DNA of 64,000 bases, from contig NC_043001.1 of assembly GCF_006345805.1 (NCBI RefSeq), positions 98,952,001 through 99,016,000 on the forward strand. The letters run 5' to 3'. Below the pieces are notes generated by a model. The model was not told where the DNA came from. It made no database searches and worked only from the letters and a program-made list of their open reading frames with translations. The position numbers and the translations under genes are program-made. Origin of the DNA: Octopus sinensis. Taxonomy: Eukaryota. Positions 25,726 to 41,062 of the stretch are shown here, piece after piece (position 1 is the stretch's first letter; every line of letters starts with the position of its first letter).

Positions 25726-28374
25726 CATAACAGTAATTTCTGTAGTTTTAAAAGAGTTAATATTCTTCTATTTTACTAAGCAAACAATATTTTAAACATG
25801 TATTTATTTTTTTAATTACCAAAGATTTATGTATATAAAAAAATTTCCCCCACCCTCAAAAAATTATACAGTATAGAACATTTTCATATATACAAGTACA
25901 CATACATTTTTTAATTGTTGGTAGTTTAATTTTTTCCTAAAAGGCTCTTGAAAATTATGTGCATCAATCTATTTATATATATACCATAACAAAGTTCACT
26001 TTGAACTAATAAAATTATCCCATCTGAGATAAGTATGTATGTGTATGCATATATATACACATATACACACACACACACGTTAAAAGCAGGCTAATCTATT
26101 TTAAGGCAAATTTGGGCAGTCATTGACAAATGGAATTCAATTAGATTTAACTGCAAAATATTATGACATCAGTGATAAAAGCTGAAACTGAAAATAACAA
26201 AACTGATGATATTCCATGAAAGAATAGAGTAAATTTATAGTAAATAGTGTCAGAGAAACAACTGTAGAGGCATCAAGGAAAATATTGGTATGGAAATAAG
26301 GCTGAAAAGAAATTGAACAAATACAGAACAAATATGTCACTAAAACATAGCTAAAATTATCAATGTTTTAGTCAGGTGGGTTTTTTTTTTGGTGGGGGTG
26401 CAGTGAAAATAGTGGGGTTGTTGGTTTCATTTACTTTCTTTTATTCCAGATGAGTTAAGATTTTCACATCTGAAAATCATCAATGGAATTAATTTTCTGA
26501 AAACAAATCAATACATTTCTTTTTCCTAACACAGATCAATTCCATCTTTTTCTTTTTTAATTCTAATAAAGTTATATATGAACAGAAATAAATGCAGAAA
26601 TATTTCCAAACACAATCCAATCACCTTAATTACAGAGCTATGTTGTTGAGTGCTAGATATTTCTTCTCACTAACTACCTTGTTACTTTTTGCTCATAACA
26701 CATGCCAATGCAGATTACAGTCATCTCTGATCCTAGAGACTGTTTTTGAAGTGCTTTACTTTCATGCAACAGTCAAGTATAATGCCACCAATTAAAATTC
26801 CCATATAAAACAGCCGTATCATTTCTAGTTAAAACCCACAAAGTAATAATTCTACTGCATTATGATATTAAAGTCTAATATTCTTCATACAAAACTCACT
26901 AAACTAATTAAAATTATTTTTACACAAAGGGATAATATTTCCATGTAAAAGTCACTTCATTTAAATGCAAGATTTGGCATTAGAAATAAATCAATTACAT
27001 AAGTAGTTTTGAAACAAAAACAAGCAAACACACAGACACACACTTCCAGCAAAAGTATTTATTGAGCACTCATGTTTTTGTACTAAGACACCATTTATAT
27101 AGTGATTCAAGGACCACAAATTGTTTACACACACATTTATTCACTAAATTATTTTTTAAAACTCAAAAGAAGTTTTCAACTTTAAGAACATTTATACAAT
27201 ACGTAAAGTGAAGAATGGTTTAATTTACTTCTACTCTAGCAGCACTATCAAATTATTCTGAAATATACATATTAAATAGATTGTATTTGATAAACAAATA
27301 GAATATATACAAATATATAGATTATAGTGGCCAAAAAGAAATTCAATCAATTAGCCATTTGCAGGTATATAGTTGTCTATTTGTTAACATCCAGTCACAA
27401 ATTTGACTGATTTAAAAGTGAAGACTAGTAATAATAAATACAGAACAAAACAAAAAAAAATTTATTTCTAAACTGAACTCTTGAAATCACAGGACAATTA
27501 AAGACTAAAGATGAGTTTTAATATAAATTTCAAATTAAACTGTTCCTAACAAAGACCTAACTGCAGGTTAAAGGCCCAAAATGAAATTAACAGAATCTAT
27601 TATCAAGAGGCAAGGATAGGAGATGACAAAGAAACACAAGGCACAGAACAATTGTAGATCTGTAAACACAAACATATGCATATACAAATGTGCATGTGGA
27701 TGCTTTCATGTACATTTTTATCTTATATAAAAGGTATGTACATGTGTGTATGTATTTTTCTGTGCATGTGTCGAACTTATGTCCTTTCTACCGTCTTTCA
27801 TGTCTGTCTACATCTTCTTTGAATTTTTTTCAGTTTTCTTTCTATTTTTTGCTTCTTTTTCTTCTTATTTACATTTTATCTTCCACTCCACAAATATGTA
27901 TATCTTTCTCTCTGTATATACATGTAATTATATGTGCATCACATGAACATATATATATGTTTGAATGTATATCTGTGTCCATGTCTATTTACATGCTATT
28001 TGTTGTTTTCTTTCCATTGTCTTGGGAGGGTCACTGCACCAAAAAATAACACGTACTGGTTCAATATCACTTCTTTATCATTAGTCAATTGGTTAAATAT
28101 CTAACCAGCTAACTGTTTCATGTGCTGATTAAACAATAAATCAGCTGTTTGTCAAAGTCCTTTCTCTGCTATTCACCTCATCAATGACTTTCCCTCTCTC
28201 TTCAAGCACCTTGAGACGCAAGAGGCTTGACAATGTTCTTCTAAGCCTATCACTTCCACAAGTACTACACATACAAACACATATCTACTGCTCAAAGATC
28301 TATCAAAGTAAAATAGCCCAGACAATGATTGCATCATCAGTATTTTTATATTTTTTTATGTACATAGACCTGGA

Positions 28375-28818
28375 ATGAGATGGTGAAGCATGACCTTCAA
28401 ATGTTGGGCCTCACAGAGGCAATGACGAGTGACCAAGACCGTTGGAGATATGCTGTGCTTGAGAAGACCCGATAAGCCAAGTGAGACCGTAACCGTGGCC
28501 TATGCCAGTGCAGCATAACTGACTTATTTAAGAGTACTCTTCAATCATTGGGCAATAAACTAAGCTTGCAAAGACCTGTTAAGTCAAGTGAAGCTATTGT
28601 TGTGGCCAATGCCAGTACTGCCTGGCTCCCGGTGGCATGTAAAAATCATCCACTACACCCTCGGAGTGGTTGGTGTTAGGAAGGGCATCCAGCTGTAGAA
28701 ACTTTGCCAGATCATATTGGAGCCTGGTACAGCCTTCTGGCTTGCCAGTCCTCAGTCAAACCATCCAACCCATGCCAGCATGGAAAGCAGATGTTAGATG
28801 ATGATGATGATGATGACA
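28375..28818 (+). mobile_element. RTE (PHD-family) 3' fragment: ORF2 end, 3' UTR with one array unit, and tail
   Basis: Homologous to 62995-63785; ends ccatgccagcatggaaagcagatgttagatgatgatgatgatgatgac. Confidence 0.88.
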
Positions 28819-29989
28819 TACTTGATGGTTGAATATAATGCACACACAGATTTCCCAGAAAATAACTGAACTGCCCAAAAATCTATTGAAGTGAAATTGT
28901 CCTGTTAATTTCCTCCATTATGTTTTTAACATTTTTGAAACATTTTCTGATATCAACTTTTGTTTTTGTTGATGATTGCTGATGAACACAAAATGATTAA
29001 GGTGCCTGTTATATCTTTGTAATAATCTCTGCATTTGTGCACACATTCATACAAACAAACATAAAACACATTTACTCTTCCATGCCTGAATGGGTCGAAC
29101 AGGATTTATTAAGACAGATATTTCTACAGCCCAGTGTTCTTCCATATATATGAACTTGTTTAAGAATTGGAATTTCAAAGACAAGAGCAACTTTGTACGT
29201 TGTCTGCAAAGACCTCATCAACTGAAACAAACAACTAATTCTAAGAATTACAGTCACAACTTATAGTTTCAAAATAAAAAAATACATTTACAAGTGACCA
29301 CTGCCAGTAGTTTTTAGGATGTGTTCCATTGCAAAAGATTCTGATCCATCAAAAAACAACAACAAAAAAAAGCAATAATTTTAGTCAAAATAAGAGCAAT
29401 TAATTAAATTTATAGACATTCTTTCATTGCATAACAAAAAATAAGAAAAGAAAAAAAAACTGTGCTCAATATCATTAGTCCTGAGGACAGCTACAGCAAA
29501 TATTATGTAGTAAGTCATAATACAGTTTTGGAAGTATAAAAAAGTGAAAATGGTAGGAAGTTATAAACAGATATATAACATATAAATTAATTAAAGACTA
29601 GTGAAGATAAGAAAAGTTTTTATGAACAATCACAATAATTAACCTGGTCAGTTTGTGACCAAAGGAAAATAGAAAGGGTTTACATAAAAATGCTCAGCAA
29701 TTACCACAAAATAACACAATCTTAATACAAGTATAGAAAACAGGCATGCGGTAGGCAAACTTGTTACCAATGTATCGCCTACAAGCTGAAAAATTACATC
29801 TCTTTCTTTTTTAGAAACTGATGGTAGACTATACCAGAGTAAGAAGCTCAACAGGTTAAATTAGGGAAAAATGGTTTACAAAAAAAAAAAAGTTAAAATG
29901 AAAGAAAATCTTGTTTTCTTGAGTTGGCAGCAAATTTACATAATTTTACTAGAATGTAACTCATTTTGCACCAGTTACTAGACTAAATT

Positions 29990-30900
29990 ATTTCAATAGT
30001 CTTTAATTTTCACTTTAGGGAGATCTACTCCAGACAATAGGAACTCAATATCACCTAATCTCAATAAGCCTATAATTTGCTAATTACCAACCACTTTTCT
30101 ACACATCTAACATATCACAAGTGACTAATACAGGCATAAACAATCTTTCTGTCTTCTAAGTGACCACCAGTAGTTTTCATAGAACCAGATATACTCTAGA
30201 CTTGCTCATCAGGTCAAAGATTTCTTGAGTGACTGCTCTGTCATAGCATACATCAGTAAAGCTTTCTTTGCCCTACACAATTAACTTTGTTATGCCTCCT
30301 ACACTGTTCATTCTAAACATTAATGGCCTCTTGTTGTCACTTCTAACAACTGCAGCCCTAAACATTCACACCTTGATACTCAGTACACAGACATCATCCT
30401 CATATAATCAAAAAACCTCATAAACCAGTTTCTGCTAGACATGCAATGCTCATAAATGGAAATCTCAAAAAAATATTTTCCAATGAAACATAACCTAGTT
30501 TCACCCAACAGCATCAAAATACAATCCCTCATCAAATGAACAATCTTGCAACAATACACAAACAACAAACAGTTAATGGTCTTGATCCTGATCCACATGT
30601 GAAGACCCAAAATTCTGTAATGAATTTTCATGGTGATCACAAATTTACAATATTGTTAAAACATCCCAAAGAATAGGCCTCTTTTTTTAGGGCCAGAAAA
30701 TACTTCTCCCTTATCAAATCTTTGTCCTCTACAAAGTTCTCAAATGGAACACAGTAACTGCACATAACAGCCCTATGGAACTAGTTCCTTCCCACGGGTA
30801 TCAATACCTAGAAATCCAAGTTGAACATCAATTGCATCAGCCTAACTGAGAGAAGCTACAAGCCAGAGATATTTCCAACACCACCTCTTTTGACTGTAGG
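29990..30900 (+). mobile_element. Degenerate CR1/L2-group LINE RT fragment
   Basis: Plus-strand pieces QVKDFLSD, MPPTLFILNINGL (cf. SPTLFLLFINDL) and KTSQRIGLFFRARKYFS (cf. ASQKLGFLFRARKYF); many frameshifts. Confidence 0.55.
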
Positions 30901-30939
30901 AAAAAAAAAAAAAAGAGCTAAAATTGTGAACTACACATG

Positions 30940-31340
30940 CCTTTCGCGCTCTTGCAAACTTACTCACTAGTCTCTCTCTTATATTCATCTTAAAGTTACA
31001 CCCTCACCATCTCTCTTTTCCTCTTTCCAACTGCAGAAGTCATGTATTCACTGCTTCAGGAAGACACCTGTACCTGTCCCTCTATCATACTTTCACCTTC
31101 TTCAATACTACGGACCCACTCAGTTGAGGGGTCTTGTCTTGCAAGTTACTTGGTGACCTTACACAAATACTTGTGCCACAAGGAAAAACATCAAGTAAAT
31201 TCTGTAAAGTAGTTGATGCTGGGAGCCAAACTAAAGCAGACATTGAGCTTGGTACAGTCCTCTGACTCATCAGTTCCTGTCAAACCGACAACCCATGACA
31301 GCATAGAAAATGTGCAATAAACAATGATGATGATGATGAT
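30940..31340 (+). mobile_element. Pyrimidine-rich retroposon 3' end with RTE-type tail
   Basis: gaagacacctgtacctgtccctctat shared with 15045-15070; ends caacccatgacagcatagaaaatg...atgatgatgatgatgat. Confidence 0.6.
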
Positions 31341-31349
31341 TAACAAGTC

Positions 31350-32725
31350 TACAGACTATTAAACTACTTGTGTCTACTCTTCAGGTACCTGAAGAGTGGA
31401 CCAAAGGAGTCATTATTAAACTACCAAAGAAAAGAGATTTGAGCAACTGCCAAAAGTGGAGGGGAATAACACTATTGTCAATACCAGGTAAAGTGCTCTG
31501 CTCAGTGTTGCTGTTTCAGTTGAAGTTTGCATTAGATGAAAAACTGAAAGAACAAGCTAGATTTCAACCCAGCAGATTGTGCTGCAAGCAAATACACTGC
31601 ACAACACTATAGAACAATGCATGGAACACCAAAGACCACTAATAATAAACTTCATTGACTTCAAAAAGGCATTTGACAGTGTGCAAAGAGAAACCTTTTG
31701 CAAGGTTGCAAAAGTGTATGGAATACTAGAAAATTACATCAGTCTGATTAGCAGTTTCTACGACTCAATCTGCTGCATTAAAACAGTAGCTATACTGGTT
31801 TTAAGATCATCACTGGAGTAAGACAAGGTTGTCTCCGACCACCAATGTTGCTTTTGATGGTCAATGATTTTGTTATGTGGAGATCAATGGTGGGACTGGC
31901 TGTAAGCATACCATGGACAGCAAGGGATAGGTAACAGACTTGGATCTTGCCAATGACATAGCCCTGTTGGCCAAGAATCGCCCAACATTACAAGAAATGA
32001 CAACAAAAATGGAAAGGGAAGTGACAAAGACTGGGTTGAGAATCAGTGGTCAAACAACGGATGTAATTCTAGTTGAGAAACAAGTAGAAAGTGTACCAGT
32101 GAAAGTGGACAAGAATCAGTTGAAGTTACAAGCTTCACATATCTGAGAAGCATAGTGACATGCAATGGTAATGCAGACATATGTAAGCAGCAGAATTGGC
32201 AAGTCAGCGATAGTATTTAGAGGACTGACACTTCAGCGTAGCATTGACGTAAGCATAGAGCTGAAGATTCGTCTGTACAAAACAACAATACTGCCAATAA
32301 CAATCTATACAGCTGAAACCAGGAAAACAACAGCAAAAACTGATTGCCAACTCGACGTTTATCATCAGTGGTGCTACAGAAAGAACCTAAGAATCACTTA
32401 TTGAGGCAGAGTGACAAATGAAGCCATTCTCCAAGCAGCATGAATAAGGCCCTTGCATGCAATCGTAACCAAATGACAAATGAAAATGGTTAGATACATA
32501 CTAAGACTGCCAGAGGAGAGGCTTGCAAAAACAGCCATGGGCTGAATGCCACTGGAAGGTAAGAGAAAAAGAGGTTGGCCAAGGAAGACAAGGTGTAGTA
32601 CCTTCAAAGAAGACCTACACAGACTGAACATCACTTGGGAAGAAGCATGATAGTTGGCCAGAGACAGAGATAATTAGCGATCACTGACTGCCCAATGTGC
32701 TGCTCAAAGGCACCAACAGACCTAA
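31350..32725 (+). mobile_element. RTE/BovB-like LINE ORF2 fragment (RT and C-terminus), pseudogenised; a lineage without the PHD insert
   Basis: VPEEWTKGVIIKLPKKRDLSNCQKWRGITLLSIPGK, FIDFKKAFDSV, LANDIALLA (degenerate FADD), GLRISGQTT, SRIGKSAIVF, KIRLYKTTILPITIYTAET; fragmented over several frames. Confidence 0.88.
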
Positions 32726-34564
32726 AAAGAAGACAAACTACTAGTGAGTTACAACTTATTAAATTAGCAATATAATTGGTATGCAAACATAATGTACATA
32801 GCTTAAATATCTACATAAATTAAGCAACATTTATTTTTAAAATATATTTTTAAATAACTAAAAAATTTCTCTACTCTTCAAATGAACAACTTAAATTGTC
32901 CAAAAATCTAACCTAAATGTTTGATAGTCATTGACATTCACTGAAAATAAACTGTCAAACACTAGCAAGTTCAGTAATTATTTACAGCTATTTCAAAGCA
33001 TGCTTATGATGTAGGAATGGTCCAAAAATTAAACTCCCTTATATATTTACAGGAAAAGTTATACTGTCTTCAAATTTAAGGTTATATTAACCTCAAAGTA
33101 GCACTAAATGCAGTTAAAAGAACGAATGAATTCATCCTAGTCATACAGAAAAATTTTCCAAGCTGCATAAAACATATCTTTTAGCAGGTTTTTTTTTTAG
33201 CAAAGTAAATTTCAGAAAAGATAAATAACACAAAATGCTACCAATAACAAATAGATGTTATAACCCACCCTGATATTTTTCTTTATAATTTTCCCCCTGA
33301 ATACAATTCCATTAAAGCATCCCCTACTCTGCTGAAAAACATTAAAAATAGTTATCTTAATATCTGATGTCTAGGAGTGTTCATATCACAAATAGAACTA
33401 TATTTTAATAACTAAAATCTACAATGTTTCATATGAAAATAGAAACCCCAAAACCTGCAATGAGACAAAGATGTAGAAAAAGGGTATCAAAACTGAATTA
33501 GTTAACAATGTGCATGAGCATTAGAGCAGTTATTTTAACATATCATTAACCTATGTCACCATGTTAATAGCCTTCTTTAAAACTGGTTGAGAATCAGTGG
33601 TCAATTAAAAATTTAAACTTCATAATTAGTAAAAGCATGTCCCCTTATCAAAACTAATATCTCATTAATATTAGTATTTCAATACAATCCAGATGAAAAT
33701 AAAAAATAATTTAACTTCTTTTGTTATTTTAAAATTAGTGAAGTATCTCATTCAGTAAAAGAAGCAGGTTCTGGATTAAAAAAAAACAAACTTGCAAATA
33801 GTATTCCAAAGGTACCACAATGTAACTCAGTTAAAGATAGCTACCACTCCCACTTTGTACATGGATGCTATTTATAAAATAGCAAAATATTAAATCAAAA
33901 CATTCAAATGTCTTAATTCATGAGGGGGGTAAAAAAAAAAACAGCCAACCTACTTATTTACTCATGAAAACACAAACACTTGTCTGATCTCAAAATAACT
34001 TAAGATGGAAATATACTGATAGATATTGTTGCCTATATGTGTGTGTGCGTGCATGTGAAAACTCATTATCAGGCAAAATATTAAACATGCAATGATTAAT
34101 AACTAGCTGCAATGACCAGTTTTAGTTATTGGGGCTGACCACTGAAAACAAATTATCTCATATATCAAATCATTACTTTAAGGAATTAGTGTTGTAATAA
34201 ATTTACAAGACAAAACACTGCCTGACAGGGCACTAAAGTTACAGGTTAATTCTTAAAATGAATACATCAATTTTTAAGGGAGGGAAGACATGTAAACTAT
34301 TCAAAGTATTTTCTGATGGAGAACTAATCTATGCTAGAAGTTTGACAACCAATTTTATAGTTAAAGAATTGAAAACATACCAAGTTTTAATATTACATCA
34401 AGTTGCTCCTGGAGAGTAAGTGTCGATACTGTGTAACTATCTTATGTGCTATAAAACACTGATGCACATAAATGCAGATTTCAATAAAGTAGGGTATACA
34501 CTAAAACTATTAAAAATTAACAAAAGTAAATATGTGCAAATGTGTACAATATTTATGGAAGAAC

Positions 34565-35035
34565 AGATATGGCTATGTGGTAAAAAAGTTCACATCTCAA
34601 CTATGTGGCTTTGAGTTCAGACCCCCAGCACAGCAATTTGGGCAAAAGTCTTCTGCTCTACCATGGGCCTTGTGAAAGAATTTGGTAGATGAAAGCCTGA
34701 AAGAAGCCTATTGTGTATATATGTTTATTTGTTATCATCATCATCATTTAGCAGCCATATTCCATTCTGACATGGGCTGATGTGTGTTTGTGAATGTTTA
34801 CCATCTACTTTGAGATGAAGTTGTAAGTCATCATTTGGGGATGGACTGTAACTGATGTTCATTGAGATATTCTACCAAAAAACTGTTCACTAGCTGTGCA
34901 TTTTTTAATTCTTCTGGAATAAAAAACATCCCTTAGTTGAAAAACAGGAAAGGATTGGTAACAGGAAGAGTATCTGGTTATAAAAATCTTGTCCGAACTA
35001 CCTCTCCTGTCTAAGCCATACTAGCATGAAAAAAC
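34565..35035 (+). mobile_element. Degenerate SINE with RTE-type tail; a short reverse-oriented tail fragment sits in its centre (about 34730-34780)
   Basis: Head tggctatgtggtaaaaaagtt, core gggcaaaagtcttct, tail ggtaacaggaagagtatctgg...ccatactagcatgaaaa; internal tcatcatcatcatttagcagccatattccattctgacatggg is an antisense tail end. Confidence 0.6.
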
Positions 35036-35244
35036 AGCCAAAATGAAACAAACATGTGTACACAGATAGTTCTCTGAATAATGTCATATCTTTATTGAAA
35101 CTATACTTACTTGAAAAAGTTCTCACAAGATTTTGTGAATAGAAAAAATAAATAAAATAAAATCTATGAAGACAATCTATTATAGAGTTAGAAAGACAAT
35201 TTGTTAAAATACATATTTTCTTAGACATATTTATTTGAAATACA

Positions 35245-35470
35245 TTTTAACTCTTATGCATTTGATCTGGCCATATCTGGCCCCAATACTCTACCTGTTT
35301 TATGTTCAAACTGGCCAAGTCAACTTCACACCTACCCTATGTCATTCTAAAAATAAACAATCATATCATCAAATTCTTGAAGCTATGAGATAATGCATGA
35401 TTAATACAAAACAATGTAAATAACTAAGAATTACATCTGACAGAGTAATCTGAAACTTAGTGTCAAACCC
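35245..35470. mobile_element. Possible degenerate MITE (piggyBac-like ends)
   Basis: ttaactcttatgcattt...ctggccatatctggccc...gacagagtaatctgaa resembles a common octopus MITE as I recall it; the TIRs are degenerate here. Confidence 0.35.
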
Positions 35471-35757
35471 ATAATACAGACAGTCTGATTATTAAATATA
35501 TAACAATTTTCAGGCCCCACCTCCCCATAAATACTATAACATATATTTAATATAGTCTGATATGTGTGTGTAAGAATTTGTTTTCACTCTATTTATTTTT
35601 GTAACGAGAAAAACTATACTGCATAACTTCCCTTCATTCTAACTAGTTAATTTTAACGATTACAAAATTCTTAAATGACTACAAAAATCTTAATATCTAA
35701 ATTACTGGATATAAAAACACACACACACACAAAAATATAAAAACTAAATTGGAAATG

Positions 35758-36107
35758 TCAGCATGGCTGTTTGGTTAAAAAATTGACTTTGCAATGTATT
35801 TCAAAATTTGCACATGTTAGGCAAGTACCTTTTACTTTAACCACAGATTAATCAACATCTTGTGAGTGGAAATTGATTAACAGAAACTGTGCAAAAGCCT
35901 GAAAGCTTATGATGTGCGTGTGTGTGTGCACATTTTTCATTGATCAGTACATTCTGCAAAATGGTTGGTACTAGGAAGGATATCCAGCTGTGAAAACTGT
36001 GCCAAAGCAGACACTGGAACTTGGTGCAGTCCTCTGGTTTGTTGGCTCCTGTCAAAATGTACAACCTATGTCTGCATAAAAAACAGATGTTAAATTATGA
36101 TGATGAC
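35758..36107 (+). mobile_element. SINE with tRNA-like head and RTE-type tail
   Basis: gcatggctgtttggttaaaaa head, (TG)n middle, ggtactaggaaggatatccagctgtgaaaac...aacagatgttaaattatgatgatgac. Confidence 0.7.
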
Positions 36108-39100
36108 AATGATCTAAAAATCAATATTGTTTTGTCCTTTCAGTCTTGTAACTTAACAGTTCAGCCAACAGAATTTGATAAAATAAGTACCAGATTTATT
36201 TTTACAGATAAATCCTTGAGTTCATGTATTAAAAAACTCTTAAAGTATGGCCACAATCCAATGACTGAAACCAATAATAGAATTATAGAGAATAAAACTT
36301 TGTATTCCTATCTATAAAAGGAAGCTATTTTGCAATATGCCATCTTCAAATATAATAAAAAATAGAAGAAATCTGGTAGTGAATCATATCTTTAAATCTC
36401 TGTAGGTCTTCTGTTCCAGTTCTGAGTGACATATTTCTTCATACATGTCTCACTCCATCTGATTCTCAGAAAATAGTCGTGTGTAGAGAATGTGGATAGA
36501 AAGAAAGACGTGTCCTACTCAGTGAGACAGATTACAAAATTTCTGCTATCCAACATTTTTTTAAATCTAGAAGAAACAGTTGTAGTTCTTGATATTAAAT
36601 AATTGCAAAATTGGGAAATAACTTGGAAGTATTTAGTTTTTTTTTTTAATGTCATTTTCTTTGAGTTATAACTGGAAATGTGAAAACATGCACTTGTAAT
36701 TCAAAAATGTTAAAACAATTCTTGGATGTCTGAAAATAATATCACTACCTTTTCTGACACAATTTCCCCACCTAACCCCTTGCCATTCTCATCATCTGTT
36801 TGGATAGTAATTTACTGAAAATATTTATTCAGTATATTAAATATATATTTAAACAGCTGAAACAAAAAAAAGAATATTAGAGGCAAAATCAAGACAACAG
36901 GGTGGGAAGTAAAACCTCTAAAGAAGATTTATTAAAATAAACACCATGTTGCTAAAAAGCTTGTCTATTTTTAATGTCAAGGTCACTAAGATAACCTACT
37001 CACAGAAAATATGTCGATAGCTATTTATGTAGCTCATGAATTTTTTAATGTTAGTTTTGCAATTTGCAATCAACTGCTCACAAAACATTTTGAAATTAAA
37101 TGGCAATAAAAGGCAACACCAGTAACATACAAATAAAGAAAAAAAAAATCCCCACAATAAATTAATTCTAACACACGCATGCACAAAACAATAAAAGTTT
37201 TAATTATTGGTAATTACTAAATTGAGATCAAAAAGAAAATAAGTTGAGAAGACAGCTACAAAGTGGTAATGTCGTTTGTCAGGTTTTAGTTATATATTTG
37301 GCAATTATTTGAATGTTATCAGCAGAAATATTAAATAGGTAAACAAAACAGGACAATATTAGAACAAAAATCCTATCAGATATCCTTTCTTTTTATGAAG
37401 GTTAAATACACTGAAATGTCTAATCCTGCAGGCCACAGTCAAGTCATGGTTTGTTATTTAAGAAAAAATTCTGTCAAAATGATTTCTTGTCATTGAATAC
37501 CGTTACCAACATTTATGTTATCTTTTTCTACATAAGTGTTTAATGGCATTTCTCCAGGTTTCTTGATTCTGTATCATCAGAAATTCCAAATCACTATTCT
37601 ATAGGAATTATATTAACAAGTCTCTCTGATCAACTTTAAATACTTTACCTTTTCATCTAGTATATTTGTGTTGTTCATATTAGCATGTTGATACACTCTG
37701 CACACATGAGCCAATATTTGCAATATACAAATTCTTCAACCAATCTTTAAAATTATACAATAAAGTACCATACTCAATCATTGCGGTTTCTTTGCATTCT
37801 CTACCATCTTCCAAACTAATTATATAACACACCTGATATAGTGCATCTCAGATTTTAGAAAAAAATTTCAAACTACAATCTCCTTCATATGCTAAGCACT
37901 CTGTTATCCCAATTTCAAATTTATTGAATTAATTAGGTTAGGAATTCATACGTACTGGCACTATTAATTACTGGTACTATGTTATAACTATTCATCACTT
38001 ACTCTCTTTGTTACCAAACATAGCTGTTATCACTGCAGCTATGTTTGTCAGCAAGAAAACTATATGTCTCTCTTCCACTTTACACCTTGCCTTTAGACGC
38101 CTTCATTATTCTTTCCAGTACTGCCTCTTCCATAACTTCCTCTTCTATCATCTTGTCACCACAATCACTTGCTTCTCTACCTTCTTCTATTCACCCTCCT
38201 AACCACAATATATTGAATGAAAAAAGAAAAAATATAGTAGTGAGGACAACCTCACTATTAGTGGTGCAACAATAAAATGCACCCAAAACCTTTAAAATAG
38301 TTGATGTTAGAAAGAGCAACCATACCAAAAATGGGATGTCTGAGTGAAATGTGGTCCTTTGACCTGTCTAAGCAGGCAGTAACTCTGGAGTAGAATTGAC
38401 TAAAACTATGATGACTCATCCAATCCATACTGAAATCATTATGATTAACTAGGTGCATCTAAAGTTTTGGTTCCTATATATTACTGATCCTCTATTTTCT
38501 CTTCTTGTAGCCAAAAGATTACATTTTCTGTTGTAATTTGTGATATGTACTATTGAAAAGCAACTTCATTTTCACCATATTTACTTCAAGGTCCTTACAT
38601 CCAGCTTATTCCACAATGGCTCTTGCAAATTTAGCAATAGAAACCAATCAAAACAAAAGCAAGTTACATAATATCTTGATATAAAACTATCTGTATAATT
38701 CCTCACATAGCTCACAGCCTTACTTTTAGCACACACCTACACACTAAGTGTGGAATCTAAACCGTTTTTTTTCCTTCACCAGATTGTAGTATATTAGATG
38801 CTTTCACAATGTAAACAACAAACACAAACTAAAGTTACATGTTTGCTTTCATTCAAGAAGTTATCTAAAATCCTGAGAAATAAAACATTTGCATTTCATA
38901 GTCCTGGCAAAGGCTCAGATTGCATCATATTCAATCCAACTACCTAGAAACCCAAGGTTAAAATTCACATGGATCTTCCTTAACTCTTAATCCATTATCT
39001 TCAGAAGCGTTTAACTTCCACTTTTTAGCATGTCATGAAAAAATATTTTCCTGCTTCATCTACTTATTAAGTGGCTATCTTAGCAACCATCCCTGACAAC

Positions 39101-41062
39101 TTCATTTCACTGTATGTGAAAATGAGTGAGAACTTTACAGCATTAATTAAAGAGAGATTTTGTGATGATTAAAGATAAAATGTTAATAGTAAATAAAACA
39201 AAATCCCAGTACTACATAGTCAACAGTTAAATAATGTGTATGTGTGTGTGTGTGTATATATATATATATACATACACACACACACACACACATTGATACT
39301 TCCTTACATTCATGTTATCTTCCAATATTGTGTAATGTAGGCAAAAGGGATAAAGAGGCAAATCTTCATTGAAGATTATTGTATTCAGAATAGATGATAG
39401 TTACAAATTTTAACAACCTGTAATTACAGAAAATAATCACAATAAACTGAAACCACATACAAATTTATTGGACTTTTTGAGTTGTAATAACAACAGTATT
39501 CCATACTTTCTAACTCAAAAAAGCCCTCTCATAGTTTTTAACTTGGTAGAGATAAATCAAGAATATAGCCCAGAACTACAAAAATAACTAAGTAATAACA
39601 GGAACAGATACATATGTGAAAAAAAAAAAAAATCAATTTTGAATATTACATAAACTTGATAATGTGAATCCTTTGATACATTCTAAATGCCAAAATATTT
39701 TTTAAAAATCTACTTAAAGATTAATTTTTTAGCTTAAAATGAGGAAACTAAAATTTGTTAATTTGCATGATAGTTATTTATTAGTTTAATACTATGTTTT
39801 TTTTTTATTTTGTCTCCTTTAAAAAAAGCTATTGAAATTCGAAGGTGTAATACTCAATATGAATCTATGTAATACACGAACTCTAAATAAACTCAAAAAT
39901 AAACATGAAACGAAACAATTGTATATAAGTATATCCTTCTCACTTTAATAATATAAAATTTTAAATTTAACACTGACATATAATATAATTCCATAACTAT
40001 TCTAAAAATTTTTCACTTACAAGCTTTGAACATTTCATACCTCTCAGATGCTTATCATAAATGGCAAACTAGTTTTAAATGAATAAAAATGAATTCTAGA
40101 AAATTCATTCATTTTATAAATCTAGTATAAAAGTTATCAAAAATATTTATGGTGAGACAATTTTCTTACTAAATACAGGATGTTAATTTTCCCTATTGAC
40201 GTTTTTTATTTTCTTTTAAGAAAAAAAAAACCATATCAGTAAAATTTTCTTTAGATGGGCAGTTCAAAAATATTTCTATTTTTTAAACAAACTAAAAATA
40301 CATAATCTGATTTATTTCAAAAAAAAATGCAGGAAAAGGAACCTATTATTCAAACAAAGCTGGAATTAACCTATTAAAGTGCTTCTAAGTTTCTCAAAGT
40401 AATATTTTATTAAAAAATACTATTTAGGTTTTAATTTTCATTTAAAAGACAAATTGTTAGTAAATTCTATGTTTAATATTAAAAAAAAACCTGAAAGCAA
40501 AGACGACTTGCCAACGATCTGGAAAATAATCTGAAAATAAGAACTACTCATGACAAGAAGTACAATGGAAACAATTTTGAGTTAGTTTTTTAAGAAAAGC
40601 AATGGTACTAAATTGGTGGCTGAAATCAAAACATTGACTAACAGAATCTATCAATGACTGCACTAGCACCAGAATATGAAAAATAAATTCTGTGCTACTT
40701 ATATATATATATACATATATATAATTATTATTATTATTTAGGAAGTGGAGTTTAGAAGAGATAAATCTCATAAAAGAAACATTAGAAATGTTAAATACAA
40801 ATACCCCAACTTTGGCCAAATAGTTATTAAATGAAAATTCATAAATTTCACTTGTAACTTAAAATACAAAATAAATATTTGACAATTTATTCACAAATGT
40901 TTATATATAATATTTTGCCAAAATTTAAAAACAATTTTCCAATTCAAATAAAATGAAAATGAAATGAAATATTTGAATAAAATGAAATAGGTAAGAGACA
41001 AAATTACAACCAAGGTCCAGCAACAGGAAAGGAGCAAAAATTAAAAGAAATGTCTTCTTTAC

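Noticed and set aside
37450-37930. Coding-like minus-strand stretch (DGRECKETAMIEYGTLLYNFKDWLKNL)
   Set aside because: Interrupted by stops, no splice context compatible with the host gene, and I cannot assign a family.
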